From positions 96,894 to 160,893 of the forward strand of contig DATJZN010000056.1 in the NCBI GenBank assembly GCA_035499075.1: a DNA stretch of 64,000 bases, read 5' to 3'. The stretch is from Myxococcota bacterium. GTDB lineage: Bacteria > Myxococcota_A > UBA9160 > SZUA-336. Positions 56,048 through 64,000 of the stretch are shown one piece after another; the stretch's first letter is position 1; every line of letters starts with the position of its first letter. The notes under the pieces are model-generated. The model was not told where the DNA came from. It saw only the letters and a program-made list of their open reading frames with translations, and did no database searches. A program made the translations under genes and the position numbers.

Positions 56048-56791
56048 TCGAGACACTCCGCACCGCTCGCCACTTACAGACTCCTGCGCATGGCCGCGGC
56101 CACCACGCGCTCACTCGCCGCGCTGAAGCTCGAGAAGACGCGCAGCGGCGGCTGCGTTCACGCCGCCGCGAAGCACGGCCACGCCTGGGCACGACGGCTG
56201 CTCGGCGCGCTGGGCGTGGAAGTCGAGGTGCGCGGCGCACCGCTGCCGGGCCCGCACCTGTTGCTCGGCAACCACCGCTCGTACATCGACATCCTGGCCG
56301 TGCTGGGGGTCGCGCCGTGCGGCTTCCTGGCCAAGTCCGAGATCGCGAGCTGGCCGGTGTTCGGCGCCGCCGCGAGCCTGCACCCGACGGTGTTCGTGAC
56401 CCGCGACGACCGCGACAGCCGCAAGCGCGCGCGCGAAGGGGCGCTCGCCATCCTGCAGAAGGGCTTGCCGTTCGCCGCGTTCCCCGAGGGCACGACCTGC
56501 CGCGGGCCGGGCATCCTGCCCTTCTTCCCGGGGCTCTTCCGCGTCGCCGAGGAGTACGACTTCCCCATCGTGCCCTTCGCGCTGGAGTACGAGGACCGCG
56601 CGGACGCCTGGGTCGACGACGACCCGTTCGTCGGCCACTTCCTCCAGACGTTCGGCAAGCCGCGGGTGCGGCTCCTGCTCAGCTTCGGGCCCGCGCTGCG
56701 GCGCCGCCCGAGCGAGGAGATGCGCCGCGACGCCAGCGACTGGATCCGGGGCGAAGTGCGCGCAGCGGCGAGAGCGCTCGCGACCCGCTGA
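56048..56791 (+). CDS. olsA: lysophospholipid acyltransferase (PlsC family; OlsA-like O-acyltransferase)
   Basis: H(X)4D motif GNHRSYIDI and FPEGTT block; GTG start with GAGGGAA RBS; divergent from the olsB-like gene. Confidence 0.65.
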   Translation, partial: SRHSAPLATYRLLRMAAATTRSLAALKLEKTRSGGCVHAAAKHGHAWARRLLGALGVEVEVRGAPLPGPHLLLGNHRSYIDILAVLGVAPCGFLAKSEIASWPVFGAAASLHPTVFVTRDDRDSRKRAREGALAILQKGLPFAAFPEGTTCRGPGILPFFPGLFRVAEEYDFPIVPFALEYEDRADAWVDDDPFVGHFLQTFGKPRVRLLLSFGPALRRRPSEEMRRDASDWIRGEVRAAARALATR

Positions 56792-56809
56792 TCCTTTACA
56801 CTTCGCGGT

Positions 56810-58183
56810 GTGAGCCTCCGCGAAGTGCTCGACGCGTCCGCGCTCGAACAGGCGGCGCTCTTGCGGAAGCGCGAGCTCTCTTGCGAAGAGCTCGCGCGGC
56901 TCTACCTGGAGCGCATCGGGCGGCTCAACCCGGAGCTCCGCGCTTTCGTGCGCGTGCACGAGCGGCGCGCGCTCCGCCAGGCGCGGCGCAAGGACGCCGA
57001 GCTGCGGCGCGGCGGCGAGCTGCCGGCGTTCCACGGCGTGCCGATCGCGATGAAGGACCTGAACCTGGTGCGGGGGTCGGTGGCACGCTTCGGCTCGCGC
57101 GGCACGTGGCTGCCCTCGCCCGCCGACGACCGGTCGACGGCGTCCGTGCGCGCCGCCGGCTTCGTGATCCTCGGCAAGACCGCCACGTCGGAGCTCGGCG
57201 CCATGCCCGTCACGGAGCCCGACCTCCACCCGCCCACGCGCAACCCGTGGGACCCGGAGCGCACGTCGGGCGGCTCGAGCGGCGGCGCGGGCGCGGCAGT
57301 CGCCGCCGCGCTCCTGCCCATCGCACACGGCTCCGACGGCGCGGGCTCGGTGCGCATCCCCGCGTCCCTGTGCGGCCTCTACGGCTTCAAGGCGACACGC
57401 GGGCGTGTCGCGAATGCCTACGGGCTGCGCGACCCCGACATCCTGTACTCGTGCGGCCCGCTCGCGCGCACCGTGGAAGACGCCGCGGCGCTCCTCGACG
57501 CACTCGCGCGTACGGACGAGTTCCTGCGCGGGCTGCGCGCTCCTGCGCCGCACCGGCGCGTGCGCATCGGCGTGCTCACTCACTCGCATCTGGCGCCGAC
57601 TCACCCCGAGATCGCCGAAGGCGTGCTCCGCGTCGCAAAGCAGCTCGAGTCGCTGGGGCACACGCTCGACGAGCTGCGCGCGCCGGAAGGCACGGTCGAG
57701 GAGTTCCTCCCCGTCTACCAGCGCCAGCTCGCCGGTGCGCCGGCCATGCTGCCGTGGCGCCTCCAGCCGGTGCCGAAGTGGCTGCGCGAGGCGGGCAAGC
57801 GCGTCACTGCAGAGCAGGCGCGCACCATCCAGCGCGAGCTGACGCAGCGGATCCTCGCGTCGGTCGAGCCGTTCGACCTGTGCCTCACGCCGACGGTGCC
57901 GATCGAGACGCCGCGCGTGGGCGAGTTTGCCGGCCTGCCCGCACCGGAGGCGTTCGCACGCGCGGCGCTGCTCGGCGTCTACACCGCCACGAGCAACATC
58001 AGCGGCGCGCCAGCGGCGAGCGTGCCGATGGGCCGCATGGGCGGCCGCTGGCCGATGGGCGCGCACCTGATCGGCCGCGTCGGCGAAGACGCGCTCGTGC
58101 TGCAGGTCTCGCGCGTGCTCGAGCAAGCGCTGCCCTGGCGGGGCGACTGGGCGCCTGGCGCGGAGCTCGAAGCCGCGGCCTAG
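56810..58183 (+). CDS. amidase (amidase-signature family)
   Basis: AS signature GGSSGGAGAAVAAAL...GSDGAGSVRIPAS, catalytic K in IAMKD; 457 aa. Confidence 0.85.
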   Translation: MSLREVLDASALEQAALLRKRELSCEELARLYLERIGRLNPELRAFVRVHERRALRQARRKDAELRRGGELPAFHGVPIAMKDLNLVRGSVARFGSRGTWLPSPADDRSTASVRAAGFVILGKTATSELGAMPVTEPDLHPPTRNPWDPERTSGGSSGGAGAAVAAALLPIAHGSDGAGSVRIPASLCGLYGFKATRGRVANAYGLRDPDILYSCGPLARTVEDAAALLDALARTDEFLRGLRAPAPHRRVRIGVLTHSHLAPTHPEIAEGVLRVAKQLESLGHTLDELRAPEGTVEEFLPVYQRQLAGAPAMLPWRLQPVPKWLREAGKRVTAEQARTIQRELTQRILASVEPFDLCLTPTVPIETPRVGEFAGLPAPEAFARAALLGVYTATSNISGAPAASVPMGRMGGRWPMGAHLIGRVGEDALVLQVSRVLEQALPWRGDWAPGAELEAAA

Positions 58184-58788
58184 CTCTGACCGGTGCCGGG
58201 CGCGCAGTAACTCCCGTAGGGGGTCCGGTCCGTGAGGATCCTCACGTTTGGCTCGAGCTGGCGCAGCTCGAGGGCGCGCGCGCGGGCGGCGGCTGCATCG
58301 GCCTCGCGGCCCGCGTTGCGCAGCGCGATCGCGTACTTGTCGACCTCGAGAGCCGTCATGGCGGGGTGCGTTCCGTTCTTCCCCTGGATCCGTTCGATCT
58401 CGGCGAGACCGCGCTCGTAGTAGCCGACCGCAGCCGGCCATTGGCCACGATCCGTGGCCATCTCCCCGAGCTCGAGGAGCGACATCTGGGTGGGGCCATT
58501 CGTCCGGGCGTCGAGCTGGTTCGCGAGCAGGAGCTCGCGCTCGGCCTCGTCGAACCGGCAGGTCGCGCCCGCCGCGCGTCCGAGCTCGTAGTGGAGCACC
58601 GCGCGCTGGGCGTCCGGGACTCGGGACGCCTCGCCGTCCGCCACGAGCTTCCGCAGCGTCGTGTAGGCCGCTTCCCACTGACCCGTGCTCTGGTACTCCT
58701 TCACCGCTGCCCAGGGATTTGCGGCGCAGCCCCCGAGGAGCGCGAGGAGCGCGGCGAGTGAGACGAGATCGGCGTGGCGGCGAGTCAC
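58180..58788 (-). CDS. TPR-like lipoprotein
   Basis: GTG start overlapping upstream paralog stop (GTGA); lipobox LLALLGGC; helical repeat content. Confidence 0.55.
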   Translation of the reverse strand: MTRRHADLVSLAALLALLGGCAANPWAAVKEYQSTGQWEAAYTTLRKLVADGEASRVPDAQRAVLHYELGRAAGATCRFDEAERELLLANQLDARTNGPTQMSLLELGEMATDRGQWPAAVGYYERGLAEIERIQGKNGTHPAMTALEVDKYAIALRNAGREADAAAARARALELRQLEPNVRILTDRTPYGSYCAPGTGQS

Positions 58789-59420
58789 GACTTCGCGCAA
58801 TCCTTGGGGTAGTGCTCCGCGGCGAAGCCCGCGAGCGCGCCCGGGTGATCGGCGCGGATCTGCGCGCTCTCCTGACGCTGCGCCGCCGCGCGCGCGAAAT
58901 CGCCCGTGTGCTCGAGCGCGGTCGCGAAGTCGTCGAGCTCGTCGGCGAACGCGATCGGGTCGGCTCGGTCCGCGGCGAGCTTGCGCACCACGGGGAAGCC
59001 GCGCTCGTACCAGCGCACCGCCTCGGCGTATTGCCCGGTGTCGAAGCTCAGGCGCGCGAGCTCGAACAGCCGCTGGCCCAGATGGACAGGATGCTGCTCG
59101 TCGAGCGACTCCTCGAGCTCGAGCGCCCGTTCGAAAGACCTGCGCGCCGCGTCGTAGGCGCACAGCTGTCCGGCGGCGCGGCCGTAGTCATAGAGCGCCG
59201 CCGACTCGGCTTCGGGCCCGAGCCAGCCGACCCGCGCGTTGACCGCCGCGCGCGAGAAGCACTTCGCCGCCGTGTCGTGGTCGCCCGCGCGAGAAGCCGA
59301 GAGTCCGCAGTCGAAGTAGTGCCAGTAGTTGTACGCGTTCAGGGGGTTCGCGCAGCCGGCGAGGAGCGCGCCGAGCGCGGCGAGGAGAGGCCCGCCGAGC
59401 TCGACCGCGTGGCTTCGCAT
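58785..59420 (-). CDS. TPR-like lipoprotein (paralog of the downstream gene)
   Basis: Signal plus lipobox LGALLAGC; alignable to the neighbour (YxxGRAAG...C..EAxRxxERALE). Confidence 0.55.
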   Translation of the reverse strand: MRSHAVELGGPLLAALGALLAGCANPLNAYNYWHYFDCGLSASRAGDHDTAAKCFSRAAVNARVGWLGPEAESAALYDYGRAAGQLCAYDAARRSFERALELEESLDEQHPVHLGQRLFELARLSFDTGQYAEAVRWYERGFPVVRKLAADRADPIAFADELDDFATALEHTGDFARAAAQRQESAQIRADHPGALAGFAAEHYPKDCAKS

Positions 59421-59432
59421 CGCGCGGCCGAC

Positions 59433-60257
59433 TCACCGCTTGGGATGGAGGAGCGTCCCGTGCCGCTCGAGCCAGTCGCGCCGCTTCTCGAACGGCAGCG
59501 CGACGTAGGCCTGCATCGTCGCGAGGCCCTCCTCCGAGAACATCGTCGCCATGAACGACTCGCTCTCGATCGCGAGGCCCGCGTCGAGCGGCGCGTCGGA
59601 GCCGCGGTAGACGCAGCGCTTGATCTCCGCGAGCGCGACCGGCGACAGCTCGGCGAAGCCAGCCGCGAGCGCGCGGGCGCGGGCCAGCGCGTCGGTCGCA
59701 ACCTCGTGCACGAGCCCGAGCTCGAGCGCCTCTTCGGGCCGGCAGATGCGCCCGCGCAGGATGAAGTCGAGCGCGCGACCCGCCCCGAGCAGGCGCGCCA
59801 GGCGTTGCGTGCCGCTGCCGCCCGGCAGGATCCCGAGCGTCGACTCGGGCAGGCCGATGCGGTGGTCGCCCGCCGACGCGACGCGGATGTCGCACGACAG
59901 CGAGAGCTCGAAGCCGCCGCCCATCGTGTCGCCGTTCAGCGCGGCGATGACGGGCTTCGCCAGGTCGCGCAGCGAGCGCAGGAGCTCGTGGTAGCCGTGG
60001 TTCAGTCCGAGCCCGAGCGCGCGCATGAGCGGCTTGTTCGCGGCCAGGGCGGCGAGCTCCTCCACGCTGTAGTGCGTGATGAACTTGCCCGGCATGCCGC
60101 CCGTCAGGATCACCGCGCGGATCGAGGGATCGCTCCACTCGCGGATGCGCTCGCCGAGCTCCGCCGTGCCCTCGGCGCAGAAGTAGTTCATGGGCGGGTT
60201 GTGATACGTCGCGACCACCACGCCCTTCGCGTTCCGCTCGATCTGCCACAGCGCCAT
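59433..60257 (-). CDS. enoyl-CoA hydratase/isomerase family protein
   Basis: Crotonase fold blocks ILTGGMPGKFITHY, ALNGDTMGGGFELSLSCDIRVA; 274 aa. Confidence 0.85.
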   Translation of the reverse strand: MALWQIERNAKGVVVATYHNPPMNYFCAEGTAELGERIREWSDPSIRAVILTGGMPGKFITHYSVEELAALAANKPLMRALGLGLNHGYHELLRSLRDLAKPVIAALNGDTMGGGFELSLSCDIRVASAGDHRIGLPESTLGILPGGSGTQRLARLLGAGRALDFILRGRICRPEEALELGLVHEVATDALARARALAAGFAELSPVALAEIKRCVYRGSDAPLDAGLAIESESFMATMFSEEGLATMQAYVALPFEKRRDWLERHGTLLHPKR

Positions 60258-60306
60258 CGGCACCTCCCGTGTGGAGCCAGAGCGTACGCGGATCGACGCG
60301 CGCGTG

Positions 60307-60996
60307 TCAGCCCGTGCGCTGGACGATCGCGAGCCTGCGGCGGTCGCGCTCGCGGAACCCGACGCGCGCGTAGAGCGCCGTCGCCGTCGCCTCGGACGGC
60401 GAGCCCGCGCGCACGTGCAGGAACGGCACGTCGCCGCGCGCCTGCGCTCCGGCTGCGACCGCGCGCACGAGCGCTTCGGCGAGGCCGCGACCGCGCGCCT
60501 CGGGCGCCGTGCAAACACCACTCACTTCTGTGTAGCCCGCGGGCTTGAGCCGCTCGCCGGCCATGGCCACGAGCGCGCCGTCGGCGCGCACGCCGACGTA
60601 GCGGCCCATCTCGAGCGTGCGCGTTCCGAACGGTCCCGGCTCGGTGCGGGCGACGAGCGCCAGCATGTCGGCCACGTCGGCCGGGCCGAGCTCCGGGAAC
60701 GCGCGGTCCGGCGGCGCGACCTTCTCCTCGCAGACCATCTGGATCACCTCGAAGCCGCCGAGTGCGCGCCAGCCCGGCGCATCGAGCGCGGCGTCGGCGC
60801 CGGTCAGCGCCACCACGCCGCCCACGGGCAGCAGCTGCGCCAGATCCACGAGCGCCGCGACGTCGGGCTCGCCGAGCGCGGCGAACGGACTCACCTCCGC
60901 CGGGTACCGCCGGGCCCGGCCCGCGCGCAGCGCCAGGTGCGCGTGCGCGCCGCCGAGCGAGTGCCACGCCGGCTGGTCGAGGCGCTCGTGAGTCAC
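60307..60996 (-). CDS. GNAT family N-acetyltransferase
   Basis: Acetyl-CoA binding block GVCTAPEARGRGLAEALVRAV; GTG start overlapping ligD stop (GTGA). Confidence 0.7.
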   Translation of the reverse strand: MTHERLDQPAWHSLGGAHAHLALRAGRARRYPAEVSPFAALGEPDVAALVDLAQLLPVGGVVALTGADAALDAPGWRALGGFEVIQMVCEEKVAPPDRAFPELGPADVADMLALVARTEPGPFGTRTLEMGRYVGVRADGALVAMAGERLKPAGYTEVSGVCTAPEARGRGLAEALVRAVAAGAQARGDVPFLHVRAGSPSEATATALYARVGFRERDRRRLAIVQRTG

Positions 60997-63494
60997 GCGA
61001 GCCGCTCCGCGAGCGCGCCGAGCAAGCCGACCGCGTCGACGCCCGGCCCGAGCACCGGCGCCAGCGGGTCGCCGCCCTTCTCGAGCCGCGGCACCGCCGT
61101 CTTGATCGTGAACTTCGTGGGGTCGAGCCGCGCGTTCACGTGCTTCCATTCGAGCGGCATCGACACGGGCGCGCCCGGCCGCGGGCGCACCGAGAACGGG
61201 CCGGCGATGAGCTTGCCGCGGCCGTTCTGCAGGTAGTCGACGTACACCTTGTCGCCGCGCGCGGCGACGGGCCGCGTGATCGTCGCGATCTCGGACAGGT
61301 CGGCGCACACCGCTCGCGCGAGCACCTCGGCCAGCCGCCGCGTGTCGTCGTGGTCGAGCTGGCGGCCGAGCGGCACCAGCACGTGCAGGCCGTCCTGTCC
61401 CGACGTCTTCGCGAAGTGGGCGGCGCCGAGCTCGTCCAATAGCGCGTGGATGTGCCGCGCGATCTCGATCACGTGCGCGAACGGCGCCTGCTTGGGGTCC
61501 AGGTCGAGGATGAGCCAATCGGGCCGGTCGAGCGCGTCGCGCCGCGAGCTCCACACGTGCAGCGGGATCGCGCCCGAGTTGATCACGTACAAGAGCGTGC
61601 GCAGCTCGTTGCACACGAAGTAGTCGGTGCCCTCGATCTGCTCGCGCAGCACCCAGTCGGGCGTGAAATCGGGCGCGTTCTTCTGATAGAAGTTCTTGCC
61701 CTCGATGCCGTCGGGATAGCGCGTCAGCACGAGCGGCCGGTCGCGCAGGTACGGCGCGAGCCACGGCCACACCGCTTCGTAATAGGCGAGCAGATCACCC
61801 TTGGTGTAGCCCTCGACGGGCCAGAACACCTTCTCGAGCCGCGTGAGTCGCAGCGCCCCGGCGGGCGCGGGCTTCGCCGTCGGCGGGGCCGGCGCCTCGG
61901 CGGGAAGCTCGCGCAGCTCCGCCGGCGCCTCGCACGTCTCGGGCGAGACGTCGGGCTGCACCCGCACGAACACGGGATGGCGCAGCATGCCCGCGCTCGT
62001 GACTTCGCCGTAGCGGATCTGCGCGACGAGCTCCGGCCGCGCGAACACCAGGCCGCGCAGCGCGGGCGGGTTCTCGAACGCCGGCTTCTCGACGCGCCGC
62101 GCGTCGAGCTCGGCGCGCAGCTCGGCGACGGCGGAGGCGTCGAGGCCCGAGCCCGCCGAGCCCGCGTACACGAGCTTCCCGCCGACGCGCCACGCGAGCA
62201 ACAGCGAGCCGAGCGGCGCACGCGTGCCCTTCCCGGGCTGGTAGCCCACGACGACGAGATTCGCGGTGCGCGGCAGCTTGATCTTGAGCCAGCTCTTCGA
62301 GCGCCGGCCGCTCTCGTACTTGGAATCGGCGCGCTTCGCCACGATGCCCTCGAGCGCGTTCGCGCGCGCGGCCTCGAGCAGCGCCTCGCCTTCGACCGCG
62401 ACGTGGTCCGAGAAGCGCACGTAGCCGTTGCGCGGCACGAGGTGCGAGAGGACCTCCTTGCGCGTCGCCAGCGGCAGCGCCCGCAGGTCGAAGCCCGCGG
62501 CGGAGAGCGCGTCGAACGCGAAGTACACGACCGGCGTGTCGAGCTCGGCCCGCGGCTTCGCCTCGCCGCGGAAGCGCGTCTGCAGCCGCTCGAACGATGC
62601 GCGGCCGCGCTCGTCGAGCGCCACGACCTCGCCGTCGATCGTGCACTCCGACACCGGAAGGTGTCGCACGGCGCGCGCGATCTCCGGATACGTCTGCGTG
62701 GCGTCGCGCCCGCTGCGCGCGGCGAGCTTCACGCTGCCGTCCGCGCGCTTCGTCGCGAGCACGCGGGCGCCGTCGTACTTCACCTCGAACAGCCAGCCCT
62801 CGCGCGTGAACGCGGCGTCGGCGATCTCGGCGAGCATCGGCTCGAGGGCCGAGGCGGGCAGCGCGCGCTCGGGAGCGCCGGCCGCGCGCGCGAGCGCGGC
62901 GACTTCGTCGGTGTGACTCACCCGATCGCGCAGCTCCGCTACCGTGAGCCCCGACAGCACCGAGCCCGGCTCCGCGATCACCAGCTCGGGCTCGGGCGGC
63001 TTGCCTTTCCACTTCGAGAGCCACAGCCAGCTCTTCCCGGCCTCGCCCTTCATGCGCACCAGGCCGAAGCGCCCGCGCAGCTTGTGGCCCTCCAGCAGCA
63101 GGTCGAGCTTCCCCGCAGCGAGGCCCTCGGCCGGCGAGCGCCCTTCCACCGTCCGATAGCAGCCGCGGTCCCACACGATCATCGCGCCCGCGCCGTAGTT
63201 CCCCGCGGGGATCACGCCCTCGAAGTCCGCATACTCGAGCGGATGGTCCTCGGTCTGCGCTGCGAAGCGCTTCTCCTTCGGGTCGAGCGTCGGGCCCTTG
63301 GGAATGGCGAAGCTGACCAGTGCACCGTCGATCTCGATACGAAAGTCCCAGTGCATGGACCGCGCCGCGTGTTGCTGGACGACGAATGCGCGCGCCGCGT
63401 TGGGGGGCAGCGCACGGGCCTCGTCTTCGCCGCCGAACGGCTCGGGCGTCGCGTTCGGATCCCGCTTCTCGCGGTACCGCCGGAGGTCGGCCAT
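60993..63494 (-). CDS. ligD: ATP-dependent DNA ligase D (NHEJ), domain order phosphoesterase - ligase - polymerase/primase
   Basis: N-terminal PE domain (FVVQQHAARSMHWDFRIE); ligase adenylation lysine motif WLFEVKYDGAR and EGIVAK; C-terminal LigD Pol domain (RYPDGIEGKNFYQKN, HVWSS, LDLDP); start at internal ATG MADLRRY. Confidence 0.85.
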   Translation of the reverse strand: MADLRRYREKRDPNATPEPFGGEDEARALPPNAARAFVVQQHAARSMHWDFRIEIDGALVSFAIPKGPTLDPKEKRFAAQTEDHPLEYADFEGVIPAGNYGAGAMIVWDRGCYRTVEGRSPAEGLAAGKLDLLLEGHKLRGRFGLVRMKGEAGKSWLWLSKWKGKPPEPELVIAEPGSVLSGLTVAELRDRVSHTDEVAALARAAGAPERALPASALEPMLAEIADAAFTREGWLFEVKYDGARVLATKRADGSVKLAARSGRDATQTYPEIARAVRHLPVSECTIDGEVVALDERGRASFERLQTRFRGEAKPRAELDTPVVYFAFDALSAAGFDLRALPLATRKEVLSHLVPRNGYVRFSDHVAVEGEALLEAARANALEGIVAKRADSKYESGRRSKSWLKIKLPRTANLVVVGYQPGKGTRAPLGSLLLAWRVGGKLVYAGSAGSGLDASAVAELRAELDARRVEKPAFENPPALRGLVFARPELVAQIRYGEVTSAGMLRHPVFVRVQPDVSPETCEAPAELRELPAEAPAPPTAKPAPAGALRLTRLEKVFWPVEGYTKGDLLAYYEAVWPWLAPYLRDRPLVLTRYPDGIEGKNFYQKNAPDFTPDWVLREQIEGTDYFVCNELRTLLYVINSGAIPLHVWSSRRDALDRPDWLILDLDPKQAPFAHVIEIARHIHALLDELGAAHFAKTSGQDGLHVLVPLGRQLDHDDTRRLAEVLARAVCADLSEIATITRPVAARGDKVYVDYLQNGRGKLIAGPFSVRPRPGAPVSMPLEWKHVNARLDPTKFTIKTAVPRLEKGGDPLAPVLGPGVDAVGLLGALAERLA

Positions 63495-63597
63495 GCGAAA
63501 CGATGGTAGCGCGAACCGGTTGCTCGTTCGGAGACACCGGAGGTAAAACGACCTCCGCTCGCGTTCACGGAGAAGCTGGCGGATGAAGGAGTCCCAG

Positions 63598-64000
63598 ATG
63601 CCGTTTCGATCCCTCGCGCAGGCCAGCGGGGCGGCGCTCTGCGCGTTCGCGCTGCTCGGCGCCAGCCACACCCTTGCGCCGATCAAGAAGCCCGTTCCCG
63701 ACGCGACCCTGAAGGTCAGCTCGACGTCGATCGCCCCGGGCAGCGGCGTGTCGTGGGGCGTCGGCAAGGTCCACTACAAGGGGCATTACTACGACCTGCA
63801 GGTGGAAGGCCTGAGCGTCGGGCGGTCGGTCGACGCCGTGACGGCCGTCGGCAAGATCTACCACCTGGCGAAGATCGAAGACGTGGCCGGCCAGTACAGC
63901 GCCGGCAACGTGCCCACGACGACCGGCGGCGGCGGCTCCATGCTGGTGATGAAGAACGCGAGCGGCGTCGAGATCCGCATGAGTGCCACGGCGCGCGGCG
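63598..64000 (+). CDS. secreted hypothetical protein, 3' end truncated by window edge
   Basis: AAGGAG RBS 8 nt upstream of ATG; signal peptide MPFRSLAQASGAALCAFALLGAS; frame open to the window end; coordinates +/-1. Confidence 0.45.
   Translation, partial: MPFRSLAQASGAALCAFALLGASHTLAPIKKPVPDATLKVSSTSIAPGSGVSWGVGKVHYKGHYYDLQVEGLSVGRSVDAVTAVGKIYHLAKIEDVAGQYSAGNVPTTTGGGGSMLVMKNASGVEIRMSATARG

Noticed and set aside
56111-58761. 855-aa minus-strand and 814-aa plus-strand ORFs across the amidase region
   Set aside because: Shadow ORFs. The amidase-signature motifs are only in the 56810-58183 frame.

Overview
This window is about 70% GC and densely coding. It looks like an ordinary chromosomal region of a high-GC bacterium, not a mobile island. 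Start and end coordinates derived by hand may be off by 1 to 3 nt. I support about 60 protein-coding genes. I could not recognise any rRNA, tRNA, CRISPR array, transposase or integrase by eye.

Taxonomy is tentative. The gene content is Myxococcota-like: a DUF2378/TIGR02265-like paralog, a lipase-maturation-factor family protein, many lipoproteins, large STAND signalling proteins, LigD, and ornithine-lipid genes. This is inference only.

Gene content by region:
- **487-4765:** a MacAB-like tripartite efflux set (ATPase, two FtsX-type permeases, HlyD-type adaptor).
- **4811-7486:** a secreted catalase-related peroxidase, a YjbQ-family protein, and a TerC-family membrane protein with a fused PGPGW tail.
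- **7514-11116:** a bacterial SET-domain methyltransferase translationally coupled (GTGA) to a type-I citrate synthase. Divergent from it are a sirtuin (CobB) and a GT4 glycosyltransferase.
- **11113-13714:** an ABC-2 exporter (ATPase plus two permeases).
- **13905-17272:** an envelope glycolipid cluster (ArnT-like GT83, ArnC-like GT2, LAB_N small membrane protein, UppP).
- **17303-21007:** a TetR-HlyD-ABC ATPase-ABC-2 permease operon.
- **21077-23789:** GT2 coupled to HldE (ADP-heptose synthesis), then an orphan P-II protein.
- **23800-29754:** an ABCD/SbmA-like half transporter, a YpfJ-type zinc peptidase, and a coupled amidohydrolase-lipoprotein-NUDIX triad.
- **29751-35882:** a 2043-codon gene encoding a double zinc ribbon, a class III nucleotidyl cyclase, a STAND NTPase, a TPR-like region, and seven tandem NTF2/SnoaL-like domains. 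This is the most unusual feature of the window.
- **35951-41810:** a D-aminoacylase, a quinone oxidoreductase, a nitronate monooxygenase and an HpnB-like membrane GT2.
- **41807-53193:** a long co-directional block on the minus strand. Left to right it holds an ECF sigma factor with a long C-terminal extension and a YciI-like partner, a SAM methyltransferase, an enoyl-CoA hydratase, an aldo/keto reductase, a cytochrome P450, a hybrid kinase/receiver, a sensor kinase, a DUF2378-like protein and an LMF-family protein.
- **53246-58183:** a thiolase, Bcp peroxiredoxin, divergent olsB/olsA with 11-nt direct repeats between them, and an amidase.
- **58180-64000:** two paralogous TPR lipoproteins, an enoyl-CoA hydratase, a GNAT coupled to LigD (PE-Lig-Pol order), and a partial secreted protein at the window edge.

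Many long ORFs in the six-frame track are antisense or alternate-frame shadows of real genes, as expected at this GC content. They are listed under rejected items. At least 14 same-strand gene junctions are 4-nt start/stop overlaps (GTGA, ATGA, TTGA).
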